A stretch of DNA of 64,000 nucleotides from Mantamonas sphyraenae STR306 (lineage: Eukaryota; Protista; CRuMs): the NCBI GenBank assembly GCA_026936335.1, contig JAPMXV010000030.1, positions 186,001-250,000 on the forward strand, read 5' to 3'. Positions 42,101 through 55,161 of the stretch are shown one piece after another (within the stretch, counting starts at the first letter, position 1; each line of letters opens with the position of its first letter). The translations under genes were made by a program, and so were the position numbers. The notes under the pieces were generated by a model. That model made no database searches and had not been told where the DNA came from. It saw only the letters and a program-made list of their open reading frames with translations.

Positions 42101-45100
42101 TCACCACCCCCACTGCCTCTCCTCACTCTTCCTCACCGCCGCCGACCCTGCCTGCGTCACACTCTCCGTAAACACCGCGTGCACCTTGATCCACGGCGTC
42201 ACCCTCGTCCTGTTCCTCGACGCCACCACCGCCATCACCACCACACTCACCGTCATCGCACACACAAACCCCAGCCCCAACGCCACCTCTGCCCCGCTCC
42301 CCTCCACCGTCCCATCCAGCAGCATCCACGACACCACCGACGACCACAACGCCACCCCGAGCAGCCCCAGCCGCAGCACATTCAACCACGCCAGCGCAGA
42401 CGGACGCCTCAGCGCAAGCACCACCATCGCCACACACACCGCCGTGTGTGCCGTCTGAAACACAACCACATACTGCCCTCCGCCAAAGTACTCCACCACC
42501 GCCGCAAGCACAAACTTCAGCATCCCTCCACCCACAATCGTCGACGTCCGGAACCGCATGTCCAGCTTCCAGCTCCGCTTCTCGCTCCACACAATCCCCG
42601 TCAGCACTGCCATCGGCATATACACCAGAATGGCCAAGAACGCCACGCTCGCCAGCGCCAGATGTGTCCCCTCCCAGCACACCATCGTCGGCTCTGCATC
42701 CAGCACCGCCACGCCATTCCCGCCCCACGTGCACACCACTCCGCGCAGCAGTCCACGCGACACGGGCAACAACAGCACCGCGTTCACTTCTGCCAGCCCA
42801 TTCCACGTGTCCACCTCCCGTCCACACACACGGTACCGCCCGTGCAGCTCCAGCAGCGCACGCAACACAAACGCCGCCGTCACTGCAATCCAAAACGTCG
42901 CCCCCAGCGGCACATGCACATCAAACGCCACCAAATCCAGCGCAAACACGCCCAGCGCCTGCCGCACCTCCACACTCCACCTCGGCGTCGTCTCCACCGT
43001 CAGCTGCATCAGCTGCGCCACCTCCACACACACCGCCCCCAGCGCAGCCCAATTCGACACCGACCGCCACTTCACACGCCGCACAGGCAGCCGTATCACA
43101 CGGTCCAGCTCGCAGAACCGCACCGCCACAAGCACCGCCGTGCCCAGCAGCAGAAAGAACAGCAGCGTGATCACAAACGACAGCATCGGCCCCTGCCCAC
43201 TCAACAACACAAGCGCAATCGCAAGCGCCACAAACACCACATCCATCCCCACCAGCGTCTGTCTGCTCGGCGTACGCCCCAGAAACCAAAACGGGATCAC
43301 CAGCGACCGCGGACGGTGGTCGTCTGTGTGCACCGTCAGCTGTGGCGGAAGCGTAGCCATCTCCACAGGCCGTTTCACCATGGCATTGTGCCGCAGATCC
43401 AGCTCCGTCAACGCAAGGTGCTCGTTGCTACGGATCCCAGCCACCAGTTCCCGCACAGCCTGCCCGTCCAGCGCATTGTGCGACAGATCCAACGACCGCA
43501 GACTGCGGTTGTGCTCCAGACTCTTGGCCAGCACACGCGCACCCGTTGCACGGATCTCGTTGTGAGCAAGCACAAGCTCTCGCAGACGCTGCGTCACCTT
43601 GAGCGCGTGCTGAAAGTGCTCCATCGCCTCGCACGTCAGCCTGTTGTGTGACAGATCCACCTGCGTCAGGCTTCCGCTGTCCGAAAAGATGTCCTTCAGC
43701 ACCGTTGCGCTTGCGTCCCCGAGCAGGTTTCCGCTCAGGTTCAGCGTACGCACGCTCTTGTTTGTACGCAGCACATCCGCAAGCAGCGACAGACGCACCA
43801 TGTTTGTGTGCTTCGTGTGCCGCAGCGCACCTCGCTCCGTCTCCATACGACGCATCCGCGCGCGTTCCAACGCATCCAACCCCGCCTGCATCGCCACTCC
43901 CTTCACTCCAGCCCCTTCCTCCGACCCATCCGTCGTCGTTTCCACCTCTCCGTCCTCCCCAGCCGTCCGATGCGCAGCCAGCCGCTCCTGCGCCTGCGAA
44001 ATGCTCGTCCGCCGCATGTCCAGCCCAGCCATCGCCGCTGCAAGCGACGAGTCCATCCGATCGCGCGTCCCCGTACGTGTGGCACGCGCTCGTGGACGCT
44101 CTCGATCGCGTCCACGCCGCCGCCCCGGTCTTCCTCTCGCCTCCACTTCCTCTCCTTTTCCCTCTTTCCCCTCCTCCCCGTCTTCTCCTACCTCCTCCTC
44201 TTCCTCCTCCTCCTCCCCTTCCTTCTCCTTCCCGCCCCGTACCTCCACGCTGTAGTCCAAATCGGTCACTTCGCCACGTCGCAGACTGCCCACATCGACA
44301 ATCTCCCCTGGACCCAACACCACCTTTTCCAGACACGTGTGCTCAGCCACCGCCTTGCCCAGTGCACGCAGCTCTGTGCATGCCTCCAACAGACGCAGGC
44401 CAACCATCCTCAGTTCCACCAGCGACTGGTTCGCCTCCAACGCCGTGGCCAGCACACCACACGCAAGCGGCCCAAAGTTGGTGTGCGACACATCCAAATG
44501 CGTCACTGCACACATCCCACTCGCCAGGAAGCCAAACAGTCCGTGTGCTTTGTCTCCGTGCAGACACTCGCCACGCACAGACACACGCGTCACCTGCGGA
44601 CTGTTTGCAAGCACCTCGGCCAGAAACGTCATCTCGTGCACCGTCATCACGCCCTCCTCGTCACGTATGTCGAATGCGTCTGTGTCCCTGCGCACCAACC
44701 CAAGCACATTCAGCCACACGCTGTCCACACGCACCTGCTCCAGCGTGTTGGACGCAAGCAGGCCACGCGCAAGCTCACATGCAATGTCTGCGCTCATGCC
44801 AGGGTTCCCGCCCACGTCCAAGCGCACCAGCGCCGTCTGCTCCGCCACCACCGCACACACCTGCCTGAGCTGCTTGTGTGTCAGCCCAAGCTGAGCCAAC
44901 CCAAGCTCACGCAAAGGCAGCGCAGACACAGCTGTGCACAGCTCCGACACATTCCGTGTGCTCAGTGCGTTGTAGCCCACGTCCAGCGTGTGCAGCGATT
45001 CGCACATCTCCACCCCGCTCACAAGCACCTCTCCAGACGCCTCGCCCAGCTCATTGTGGTCCACACGCAGGCTCTCCAGGCGGCCTCTGTGCAGCAGTTG

Positions 45101-48100
45101 CCGCAGATGCGTCACCAGTCCTCCGTCGCTGATGCTGTTCTTGCCCAGATCCACATGGGTGATGTGCGTCTGGTCCTGCAGCGATTCCAGCAGCACCAGC
45201 GCGCCCACGTCGCCCACGCCGTTCTCACGCAGACGCACTTGCTTCAAGTAGGCACACGCAGGCGCCAGGGCGGCCACAAAAACGCAGCCGCGGTCGCCCA
45301 GCTCCGCGCCGTCCAGCACAATCTCGTCCGACAGACTGTTGACAATCTGCGCCACAGGGATCGGCACGCGATCCGACGTCAGATACAGCGCATCCACCTT
45401 GCACTTGCGTGCAGCCAGCAGCTGGCCGGCCGTGTGTGCCGCGTCCAGCCCAAATGGGTTGTCGTGCACGTCCAACACACGCAACGCACGCACGCCCGCC
45501 ACACTCTGCGCCAGACGCACCATGCCCTTGTTTTCAATCTCGTTGCCTGCAAGATACACCTCGTGCAGTCTATCACACGTCTGCAACACGAGCGCAATCG
45601 CTTCGGCCCCCTTGTCTCGCAGCAGGTTGTTGCTCAGGTCCAACTTGGTCACCGTCTCGTTGTGGAACAGGGCGCCTGCAAGCAGCCTTGCGCTCTGGTA
45701 GTCCACAAAGTTGTCCTTCAGACGCACCGTGTGCACCTTTGTGCCTCCTTCCCCGCTCAGCACACGTGCGAGCATGGTCACCTCGGCCGCATTCACGTCC
45801 AGTGCCGTCCAGTCCAGCACACCACCCTTGACCTGTGTCGACGTGTGCAACGCCTGCAGGTTGATTTGCACCGACATGCGCAGCTGCAGCAGCGACCTGT
45901 TTTGCAGCAGCGATTGCGAAAGCGCAATCCCCGTCGCAAGGCCCAGGTCCATCCCGCTCAGGTCCAGAAGCTGCAACATGGCATTGTCGCCCATTGCCTG
46001 GCCAATCACCTGTCCGCCCGAATCGTTCAGTAGGTTGTTGCTCAGATCCAGCGCAACCAGCGTGCTGTTCTCTCTCAGCAGTTCCGCCACGTGCGCCGCA
46101 CCCACACTCGTGATTTGGTTGTTCGCCAGCACCAGCGTGTGTACAGACGCACACGTTTTTTCACACACCCACCACCACCGCAAGGTCTGCGTTGTGCACA
46201 CTCGTGCCGCTCAGGTCCACCACAGGCGACGCCCCCGAACGCCACGCCGCCGGCGTCACGTCGCAGTTCAGCGACACAAGCTCCAACGTACTGTTGCGTT
46301 CCACACACTGCTTCCACGCAAGGCCCACCTCGTCGCTGCGACACCGCGGGTTGTTGCGCAGAATCACCCTCCGTGTCACTGTGTTGGACTCCATCGCATG
46401 CGCCAATGCAACCAGCCCGCCCTCGTGGATGTCGTTGTGGCTCAGGTCCACAGACAACAGCGCCAGTTGGTTGTCCGCCAGCATCGTCGCAAGCACCTGT
46501 GCACCGCGGTCGTCCAGCCGGCATCCCGCCATCTTCAGACCGTTCACCGCGTGCAGATTCCCCATGCGCAGCAGACCACACAAGAACGCCACCTCGTTGG
46601 CACGTATCTTTTCGGGGCAAAACACATCCAGAGGCTGCGGCTTTGTCAGGCCACGCAGGAACGCAAGGTCGTAGTCTGCCTTCCACGAAACCAGCCGCAC
46701 CGACGTCTTCTGGCCCAGCTCACATCCCAGCAACCACGCAAGTCCTTCGCTCACCTTGTGGCACCCTCCCAGGTGCACTTCTGTCAGCGTGTAGTTGTTT
46801 GCCAGCGCACGCACCAGCTCGTGGCCCAGGTGGTCGTCCACCACCGCCTCGCTCCCGTCCGTATTGTACAATCCGGCCACCGCCTCGGCACCCAGGTCCA
46901 GCTCTGTGGTGCTGTTGCTGGCCACGTCTGCCACCGCTGCCTCCAAGTATCCGTCACTGTGCTCCTGCTTCGGCCCGCTCAGCGTAATCTCAAACAGTTT
47001 CGGCCGCAGTTCGCCAAACTGCCGCAACTGCCGCTGCAACTCATGCTCCAATTGCCGCTGCTTCTTTTCCAGCTCTTCCAGCGACCCGCTGCTCGCGTCC
47101 ATGTGACGCCCCAGCTTCCCATGCACGTGTCGCAGCAGTGCAGGGAACGAGTCGTGCGCATACTCGTTCTGCTTGAGCTCAATCACCAGCGGACGGCGCA
47201 CTACTTCGTCCGTGTCCCGTCGTTCTGCTGCCCCATGCGATCTCTGTACACTCGACGATCGCTTTGCGGCCACGCTCGCTCCTCGCCTCGGCGGCGACCG
47301 TTGTCCTCCCTCCCCGCTCACGTCACTCCGGTCGCTTCTGTCGCTCCGATCGCTTCCGTGAGACAACACCATGTCCAGCGTGGCCGACGGCGGCGGCGCC
47401 CCGGGACTCTTCAACCCGTGAGCACTCGGAGGCGGCGGTTTGCTGATCAGCGACGCTTTGCGACGTGCCTGCTGCTTCCGCATCGTCACCACCTTGGCCG
47501 ACGACACAGCCTGCAACGGTGACCGTGGCTCAGGCACACCCATTGCCTGTGCTTGCAGGTGGCTGCTGTTGCCTCCTCCTGCAGCCAGTGTCTTGCGGCG
47601 TCCTGGCGACTGCAGCCCATCCATCCCTGCCCCTGCGCCGCCCACATCCCTGTGCGACGCACTGCGTGTCAGGTTCTGCTTCCGCTGCATCATCATGTCC
47701 TTGATGTCCTTGGCCGTCTTGACATTGCGCAGCACAGACGGCAGGCTCGGCGGGGGCGGACGTGCAAGTCCTCCAGCAGACGCCACGCTGCTGCTGCCTG
47801 CGTTGCTGCTTGCATGCGACGAGGATGCACGTCGCAGACTTGTGCGTCCCTGAGGCAAAAGGTTCTCGTCCAGGCTCTGGGTGGGCATCAGCAGGTCTGG
47901 AATCGGCGTGCTTGCCTCCCGTTTGCTGCTGAACGGATTGTCCGCCTCGCTGCGACGTGTTGCAGGCGTGCTCTCGCCCGTCTCTCCACCTTCCCTGCTT
48001 CCCCGCGGACTGAACCGCTTGGGCGCCATCATCATGGGTGACACCGAACGCGCAGACGTCTCTGTGGGCGCCTGGTCGTCGTCGCTCGGCGCAGAGACCG

Positions 48101-48965
48101 TTGACGTGGACGGTTTCAACAGCGCCTGCTCCTCGCCATGGTCCTTGCCACCGCCCATCAGCCGCCTCGGCTGCTCCTCGGGCGATGAATGCTCCCCTTC
48201 CTCCGGTTGTTCTTCTTCGATCGAATCCTGTACATGGTTTTTACGTGGCGACGCAAACTTCAGCACGTTGCTCAGCCGCGTCAGCGACGAGTTGACCGCA
48301 TCGATCTTCATCGGGCCCTCGTCCGTCGACGATTCGTCGTCGCTCGACACCCTCCGCCTGCGTATCCGCCTTTGGTGGTCCCTCTCGCGAGACTTCGGCG
48401 TGTTTGGTCCTGCGGTGGGCGAAACCTGCTCCGTCGCCTCCTCCAGGCTCAGTGACGGCTTGGGCGGTTCCCATCCGCTGCCCAGGCCTTCCTGTGCCCC
48501 CTGTGAAATCGGCCTGCTTGACGGCGTCGTCGGCACCTCCACGGGAGACGCAGGCGCGCTGCTCTGAGATCGTGGCGACACAGCTCCCGCAGGCATCAAC
48601 GCTTGCACAGCCGCCACTTGCGTGCGCATCGACCGCGGCTTACGCGGCGGCTTCACGCTGCTGCGCCCACCCGATGGCTTGCTTCCCTTGTTGCCCTTGT
48701 TGTTGCTGCTGCCGTTGCTGTTGCTGTTGCTGTTGCTGCCCTTGTTTGTCCTCCCGTTGTCCAGCGCCGCCACCGCTTGCACTGCCCCAAACGCCCTGCT
48801 CAGTGCCGCCGTGTTGCCCTTCTTTTCCTTGGGCGGCTTTGCCCTCCGCCCTCGCCGGCTTCCGTTCCCTCGGCCCTCCTTTTTGTCCTTCTCCTTCTCC
48901 TTGTCCTTCTCCTTCGCCGTGCTGGAAGACAAAAAGTCGTCCAGAGACGGCGCAGGCAGACTCAT
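42101..48965 (-). CDS. Large ribonuclease-inhibitor-type LRR protein with C-terminal multi-TM domain (frame break ~46163)
   Basis: Many LxxLxLxxNxIxxxGAxxLAxxL repeats in ORFs 46161-49007 and 42101-46201; disordered N-terminus; ~9-10 hydrophobic helices with the LDAEPTMVCWEGTH motif typical of protist DUF7630-like TM modules. Confidence 0.75.
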
Positions 48966-49073
48966 TCGACACGCGCAGATTCCTTTGTCTCCCATCGTGC
49001 AACTCAAAACACACGCTGTGCTTCATTCATTCCGCAATCCACACGTGCCCCCCTGTGTCCTCCCCGTTCTCTC

Positions 49074-49665
49074 TCAGCTGCTCGCCTCCACCTCGACGGG
49101 CTCCACCTTTTGCCGCTTCTGATCCGGTTCTTGCCCGCCCTCCCCGTCCATACCCTCCACACTCACGCTTCCGTTCTTGCTCTCGTCCTCCTGCTTCCCA
49201 CCCTGCCTTGCTTCCTGCGCCGCTGCCTCCTCTGCTGGCGACTGTGTCCTCTGCGCGTCTGCGCCGCTCTTTGCCGCTGCAGGCTCGCCGCCTTTCTCCG
49301 CCCCACTCGTTGCCTCCTCCTGCTCCCGCTCCCTCTTTACCCTCTTTTCATGCTCCTCAGCCTGCAGCAGCAACCATGCCTGGTCCACAACCGCGGCCAG
49401 CTCTGCAGCCACGCGACATGTCGCCGTGTGTGGTGCACGCCCCTCCCGCGTGTCAGATCAACCCCTACCTCCCGCTCCCCCACACCATGCCCTCCTTTCC
49501 CACCCACTCACCTGTCGTGCGCACCCACTGGCGCACTCGAATATGTCCATTGTCCACCCATTTCCGCTCCCAGCGGTGCACCGGTGCGCGCTTCTCCCCT
49601 CCGTTCTCCTGCCGCGCACGCGCGTGCTTCTGTCGAATCTTGAGCCTCTTTGCACGTGTTGACAT
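49074..49665 (-). CDS. BCL7-like SWI/SNF subunit (intron ~49511-49403)
   Basis: MSTRAKR...APVHRWERKWVDNGHIRVRQWV resembles the BCL7 N-terminal motif VRKWEKKWV..LRIFKWV. A GTGAGT...CTGAC...CAG intron joins it in frame to ORF 49074-49412. Confidence 0.55.
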
Positions 49666-49777
49666 GTCGCTCGCCTCTGTCTTTCCCTCTCCGCTCCTGG
49701 ACGGCCCCTTGACCCTTGCGCTCTCGAGAAAAAACCCTGGCTTCCATTGCGCTGTGCCACACACACACACACACACG

Positions 49778-50641
49778 TCACCACACCATGCCCACCACGC
49801 TCGCCATCACACACGACGTCACCACAGCCGTCACCAGATTCACCTGGTGGTTGTCCAGCACGTTCCAGCCCGTGACTCGTGTCACGTTCTTGTGCGCTCC
49901 GCTCTCATCATACGTCACCCGGTTGGCCTTGGGATCCCATCCGGTGTACTGAAGCGTGGCACCCAACACAGAGTCCAGCACAGAGCCCAGCGTGCCAGCC
50001 ACCAGACCCACAAGCACCAGCTGCGCCTGCAACCCTGCTCCAGGACCACTCACCGTCCACATGCCACACACGGCAAACACAACGCCCACAAACAGCCCGC
50101 CGGCTGCAGATCCCAGCGTGCCCATCACCGTCACGCCTCCGTTTGTCCCGTGCGGCACCTCTGCCCACGTCAGGATGTGTCGCGGCTTGCTGCTGCTCAG
50201 AATCCCAATCTCGCTCGCCCACGTGTCGCCACACATGCACGCATAGTTTGCCAGAAAGCCCACCAGCAGCCAACTCGCCACGGGGTCCTCAGCATAGTCC
50301 ACGGCCACGTCGTCCGCGCCCACACGCCAAACAAACGCCACGCACAGCAGCGTGGCAAATCCGCCGTTGCTCAACACCTGCACCCAGTTGCGCTGCCCAC
50401 CCTCCTGAAACTCTGCCTCACGCTTCGCCTTTGTCTCCAACCCCATCTTGGTCAGCTTGGACGACGAAAAGAAAAACGCCAGCAGCGTGATCCCAAACCG
50501 CGCCCCGGCACAGAACGTCACAAAGCCCACCACCACAGCCGCCAACGCCCCACTCTTGTTCAAACTCCCGCGTTTGTACCCCCTCACAGCCACCCCGGCC
50601 GCCATCAGTGCTGCAACCACGCCGCGCAACACCGGTATCAT
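49778..50641 (-). CDS. TMEM19: TMEM19 / DUF92 membrane protein
   Basis: LAFFFSSSKLTK, EGGQRNWVQVLSNG, GDTWASEIG, GTNGGVT, GSVLDSVLGATLQ, LDNHQVN. Confidence 0.93.
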   Translation of the reverse strand: MIPVLRGVVAALMAAGVAVRGYKRGSLNKSGALAAVVVGFVTFCAGARFGITLLAFFFSSSKLTKMGLETKAKREAEFQEGGQRNWVQVLSNGGFATLLCVAFVWRVGADDVAVDYAEDPVASWLLVGFLANYACMCGDTWASEIGILSSSKPRHILTWAEVPHGTNGGVTVMGTLGSAAGGLFVGVVFAVCGMWTVSGPGAGLQAQLVLVGLVAGTLGSVLDSVLGATLQYTGWDPKANRVTYDESGAHKNVTRVTGWNVLDNHQVNLVTAVVTSCVMASVVGMVW

Positions 50642-50712
50642 TGGTCGATTTCTTTATGTTTTGCTTGGACAACGCCACGCGGTTGAACCCACTCCTTCAC
50701 CCACCCACCCAT

Positions 50713-51548
50713 TCACCCACTGCTGCTGCTGCTCTCTTGCTCCACTCCACGCACGGGCAGCCCGTACTGCTCCAGCAGCGCACTCGTGTCAAACAGCACT
50801 CCTTCCAGCGGTTCCCACTCTGGCAAGGGCACGGCTGCCTTTTCCTGCTGCTCATTCTTGCTGCTAAACAGGCTCCCAAACCCTTTAAACTTCTTCTTGA
50901 TCGTCCGCATCGAGTACGCACGCTCTGTCGACGCCACCCGGTCCTCCAGAGCCGTCACCGACCGCTGCACAGTCAGCACGATCTCCTATGCATCCACATC
51001 CACACACACACACACACACACAAACATTCCACATGGTCCATCCACACGCCCCACCCCCCGCGGTGTCAATGCCCAAGTCACACAGCCCGCAGCCCCACGT
51101 CCCTCCATTTCCCCCCACCCCTCTAAACACCTTCTCGTCCCCCCTCTCCCCCCTCTCTCCCCCCCCTCCCCCACAACTCACCTCCAGCTTGTCAATAACC
51201 ATATACGCCTGAGCCACCTCCGCGGCCTTCTCCTTCAACGCCACAAGATGCACCTCGCGCGTCTGCTTCTCATCGTCCCGAATCATCTCCACCAACGACT
51301 GCATCTCATCCATCCGCGTCAACAGATTGTTCATCACCTCGTCCAAATACCCTTGCTTCCCTGCGTGTCAGCCACAAACGCCGTCCTGAGCGCCCCGCTC
51401 CCCTCTCCCCCGTCTTCTCCCCGCCCACACCTACGTGCGTCGATACCAGCCGGTCCATGTTCAACAACACACTGTACTGCTCCGCCATCTCCTTCACCTG
51501 CGCCTCATCCGGCAGCGGAATCTTCCCGCCGCCCTCGTTCTCGTCCAT
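50713..51548 (-). CDS. BLOC1S4: BLOC-1 subunit 4 (cappuccino/BCAS4-like), 2 introns
   Basis: LDEVMNNLLTRMDEMQSLVEMIRDD...IDKLE|EIVLTVQRSVTALEDRV coiled-coil pattern. Confidence 0.6.
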
Positions 51549-51673
51549 TCTTCTGCTCCCACCCCGCACGGCCCACCTTCCCCCGCCCCTACACCGCACT
51601 CCGGCTCTCCTTCCCTTCCCCTCACCCATACGCCTACAAAACATTCAATCCCGTTCTTCATTCTCTGTTCATC

Positions 51674-52368
51674 TTAGAAGAAGCCCTTCTTCTCGGCCTT
51701 GTACTTAAAGTTCAGCCCGTAGTCCTTGGGCTTCTGCACAGCGTCCTTGGGCTCATCCACAAAGTAGTTGGTCCACCCTTGCCTCTCCAGGAACCGCGAC
51801 GCCTCCTCTGGCGAGTCAAACTTCAGCTGGAACAGCTGCTGGAACGGATCCGCACCGCTCGTCCAGCCCATCAACGGGTTCACCCACTTCTCCGTGTTGC
51901 CAAAGTCCAGCTTCCACTTCTGCATCACCCAACGCGTCGTGTGAGCTTGTGTCTCTCCCACACCCTCCTCCCTCCTCGTCCCACTCTCCCTGCCTCCATG
52001 CCCCACTCTCCCGCTCGCTGGCCTCCTTCCCTCCTGCGGAAATCACCCGCCGAGAGGGATTCTAGCATGCCGGCGGAAAAACCCACCTTGAACTTGCCAC
52101 GTCCACTCTGCATGGCCACCGGCGTCGGCCTGTAGATGCGCACGCGACGCTTCTCCATGTACTCTCGCGGGATGCCCGACACCCACGCCTCCTCCTTCGA
52201 CCCGTCCAGTGCAAGCGCGCTCGTCGACAGAGCCGACACCCGCTCCACCACGCCCGTCTGGCAAACGCCCACCAGGCCCGCAAGCACCGCGCTCACGCTG
52301 CTGCTGCTGCTACTGCTGCTGCTGCTGCTGACAATCCCGCTCTTGTTTCGCAGGGTACGCACAAACAT
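51674..52368 (-). CDS. NDUFS4: Complex I 18 kDa subunit (1 intron)
   Basis: SGIPREY..RRVRIYRP..AMQSG; WKLDF..KWVNPLMGWTSGADP; YGLNF; mitochondrial presequence-like N-terminus. Confidence 0.92.
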
Positions 52369-52436
52369 GCTCTCGTGCCACTTGGAACTGGCCGAGCACG
52401 CGCCGCGCCCCCCAACCCTTTCCACACTCGCCCCCC

Positions 52437-53098
52437 ATGCGCCTCACTCAGCAGGAGATCGACGCATGCCGCGACGCCTTTGAAAAGTTTGACAAAGATG
52501 GCTCCGGCTCCATCGACGTCTGGGAGCTTCGTGCCATCCTCCAGTGTACGTCGCAGCCACACAACAATCCCCACACGCCCTCTCGACCCGCTTCCCTGCC
52601 GCCCACACTTACCCCCTCCATTCACACAACCACCCCACACGCATCCCTCTCCCCGCCACGCAGCCATGGGCCAGAACCCATCTGAGGAGGAGCTCTTCCA
52701 GATGATCAGCGAGGTCGACGAAGATGGCAGCGGCATGATTGGTGCGTAACGGCTAACCTTTCTTTGCCTCCCATCCCTGCACACACACGCCAGCCGCTCT
52801 TGTCACTGACTCTGCGCCATCCCCGCGTGTCTGCACAGAGTTTTCCGAGTTTCTCCAAGTCATCGAAGCACAAAAAGCCCAGAGCGACGGCGTCGAAGAC
52901 GAGCTCGACACTGTTGCCGCCTTTGTCGCCATGGGCGGCCACGAGGACAAGTCCGGCACCATCAGCTCCCAGAAGCTCATCAAAGTCATCCACGACTTTG
53001 AGCTCACCATCGACATTGAGCAGCTTATCCAGGAAACAGACACAGACGGCTCCGGTTTCATCGACTACGACGAGTTCAAGGCCATGATGAGCGACTGA
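52437..53098 (+). CDS. Calmodulin-like flagellar outer-arm dynein 18 kDa light chain (LC4-type), 2 introns
   Basis: EF-hands DKDGSGSIDVWE, DEDGSGMIEFSE and DTDGSGFIDYDE; LC4-type DTVAAFVAMGGHEDKSG..FELTIDI. Confidence 0.85.
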
Positions 53099-53148
53099 TC
53101 ACGTGCATTCCCTCCCCATTCGCCACTCCACCTCCCCCGCTTTCGTCT

Positions 53149-54444
53149 TCACTTGAACTCGCGGTTTGTCAGCACCTTGTCGGCCACCAGACTCCAAATG
53201 TACAGCGCAAACGTCACCCACTGCGACACAATCTTCACCCACATCGACACTGCAGACTGCGAGTCCAGCTTCAGCGCCTCTGCAGACCCGTCCAGCTTCC
53301 AGCTTGTCATCAGCATCGCCATGTACATCGATGCAAGTGCAAACGTCAGGTGGAAGAAGCCCATCACGTAGAAAAAGTTTGGCGAGCTCCTTTCCCCGCC
53401 GTACATGTCGTCGCCGTCGTTCACAAGGTCAAACGACTCCCCCTTGCTCGCTGCGCTCACTGCAGAGTACGCAAGCACAAACAGCGCCACCAGGCAGCCC
53501 ACAACAAGCTGGAATGTAGCCGCTGACCCGTTCAGGTTGATCTTGGAGCAACCCCACGCAGACGGCTGCGACATGATGCCGTTGAAGCACTGGTACGTCG
53601 TGTATACACTCACCACAGCCGCCGTCAGCAGCGCCCCGCGCTCGATGCGCAGCGACAGGTACGTCACGAGCAGCACCAACAGCAGCGTCACCGTGATGAA
53701 CGTTGCGTTGGCTCCACATCCCTCGTGCGGCACAAACCAGTCGTACTGCAGACCAATCCACACAAACACTCCCACGTACATCAGCAGCGCCACAACCACA
53801 ATGGCTCGCTGCTTGCTTTCGGCCACCCACCGCTCGTTCCACTCGTACGCAAAGTCGATCAGCAGCACAATCTGGATCAGAATAAACAGCCCAGACACAA
53901 TCTGTGCTATCTGCGCCCACACCACAAACGTCTCGTTCTTCACCAGGAACATCAGAAAGATAAACAACACCAGGTACAGCTGCTTCCACCACCAGCCCTG
54001 CGTCTGCACGTAGTTCCGCACCCCTTCGGGCACCCACTTCAGCGACAGCACCGCAAACGTCAAAAAGAACCACTGCGACCCCACTCCCTCGCGTCAGTGC
54101 CTCCCCTTTCACTCCCCGCCGTGGGAAAACAAACTCACAAACATCGCAAAGCTGATGCGAAACACAGCCACTTTCCCAGCGCAGTCTTCCGTTTCACACT
54201 CCTTCAGCGCTGTTGCCGCACCCGTGTCAGCATGCGCACATACATCCTCCTTGCATCATCACCACCACCACCGCAACCCACCTGCCAGAACAGGCCGCAG
54301 CCCGCCAGCGTAGTCCCGCAGAATCAGCGCCAGCAAAGACCCTTCAAAGAACAGTGCCGTCCACGCCAGCTTCACCTTGTGCGAACGAAACATCGTAAGC
54401 GCCTGCTCCGTGCGCTGCGACCGTCCAGCCAAGTTGTCCATCAT
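53149..54444 (-). CDS. SERINC: Serine incorporator (SERINC/TMS) family, multi-exon
   Basis: FILIQIVLLIDFAYEWNERW; FFHLTFALASMYMAMLMTSW; WVKIVSQW..LYIWSLVA..NREF. Confidence 0.9.
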
Positions 54445-55108
54445 GGTTGCGCGGTTTCCTTGGGCTTGCGTACGCACCCGTCCCACCGCCTCCATCCGTT
54501 CGCCTCCCATCCTCCTACTCCTCATCCTCTCCCTCCTGTGCCTCATCCATCTCCCAACCCCATGCTCTGCCTCGTCCCCCGCCCCTGTCCCCGTCCAGTG
54601 GGAATCCTTTGTAAACATCACCGCTCCCGGCTCCCGCGACATCACCATCTACCTCCGATACGGCACACATGCCTACCGTTTCGAATCCTACGGCATTCCA
54701 GAGACCCACGACGAGCCTCCGCCTCTCTACGTCTTCATTTTCGACTACGCAGCACACACGCTCTTTTCCCTGTTTCCCTCGGGCAACGAGACCATCTGCA
54801 AGACCCAACCGCTTTCGGGGACCCTTGCCTCTCCCTTTCTTAACCTCACCCACAGCACACAGACAGCCGCCCATGCCTGGCACGTCCAGCAGACACCAAA
54901 CTACGCACACACCTTTCTCGACTCACACACCCTCTCCAGCTACACGTACACCCAATCTTCTTCCTCTGCCACTGCGACCACTCCGGTGCCCGTCTCTGTG
55001 GCCACCCCAGACATTGCCTACGTCTTTTCGTCCTTCCAGGCGGCGCCACAGGCGTCCCACTGGTTCATCCCACCCGCAGACGCACACTGCGGCCACACAC
55101 ATGCCTAA
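54443..55108 (+). CDS. Secreted protein, possibly ependymin-related (EPDR/LolA-like fold)
   Basis: Signal-peptide-like ILLLLILSLLCLI; PVQW, FIFDYA, CKTQPLSGTL and WFIPPADAHC patterns. Confidence 0.45.
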   Translation: MVARFPWACVRTRPTASIRSPPILLLLILSLLCLIHLPTPCSASSPAPVPVQWESFVNITAPGSRDITIYLRYGTHAYRFESYGIPETHDEPPPLYVFIFDYAAHTLFSLFPSGNETICKTQPLSGTLASPFLNLTHSTQTAAHAWHVQQTPNYAHTFLDSHTLSSYTYTQSSSSATATTPVPVSVATPDIAYVFSSFQAAPQASHWFIPPADAHCGHTHA

Positions 55109-55161
55109 CAAACACTCAGTGTCAAGAGTCCGCCCTTCATTTGTTGCTCTCTTTGTCCACG

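Noticed and set aside
42101-48965. NLR immune receptor
   Set aside because: No Walker A or NACHT/NB-ARC domain seen.
52437-53098. Calmodulin or centrin
   Set aside because: The degenerate third EF-hand AFVAMGGHEDKSG and FELTIDI match dynein LC4 rather than calmodulin.
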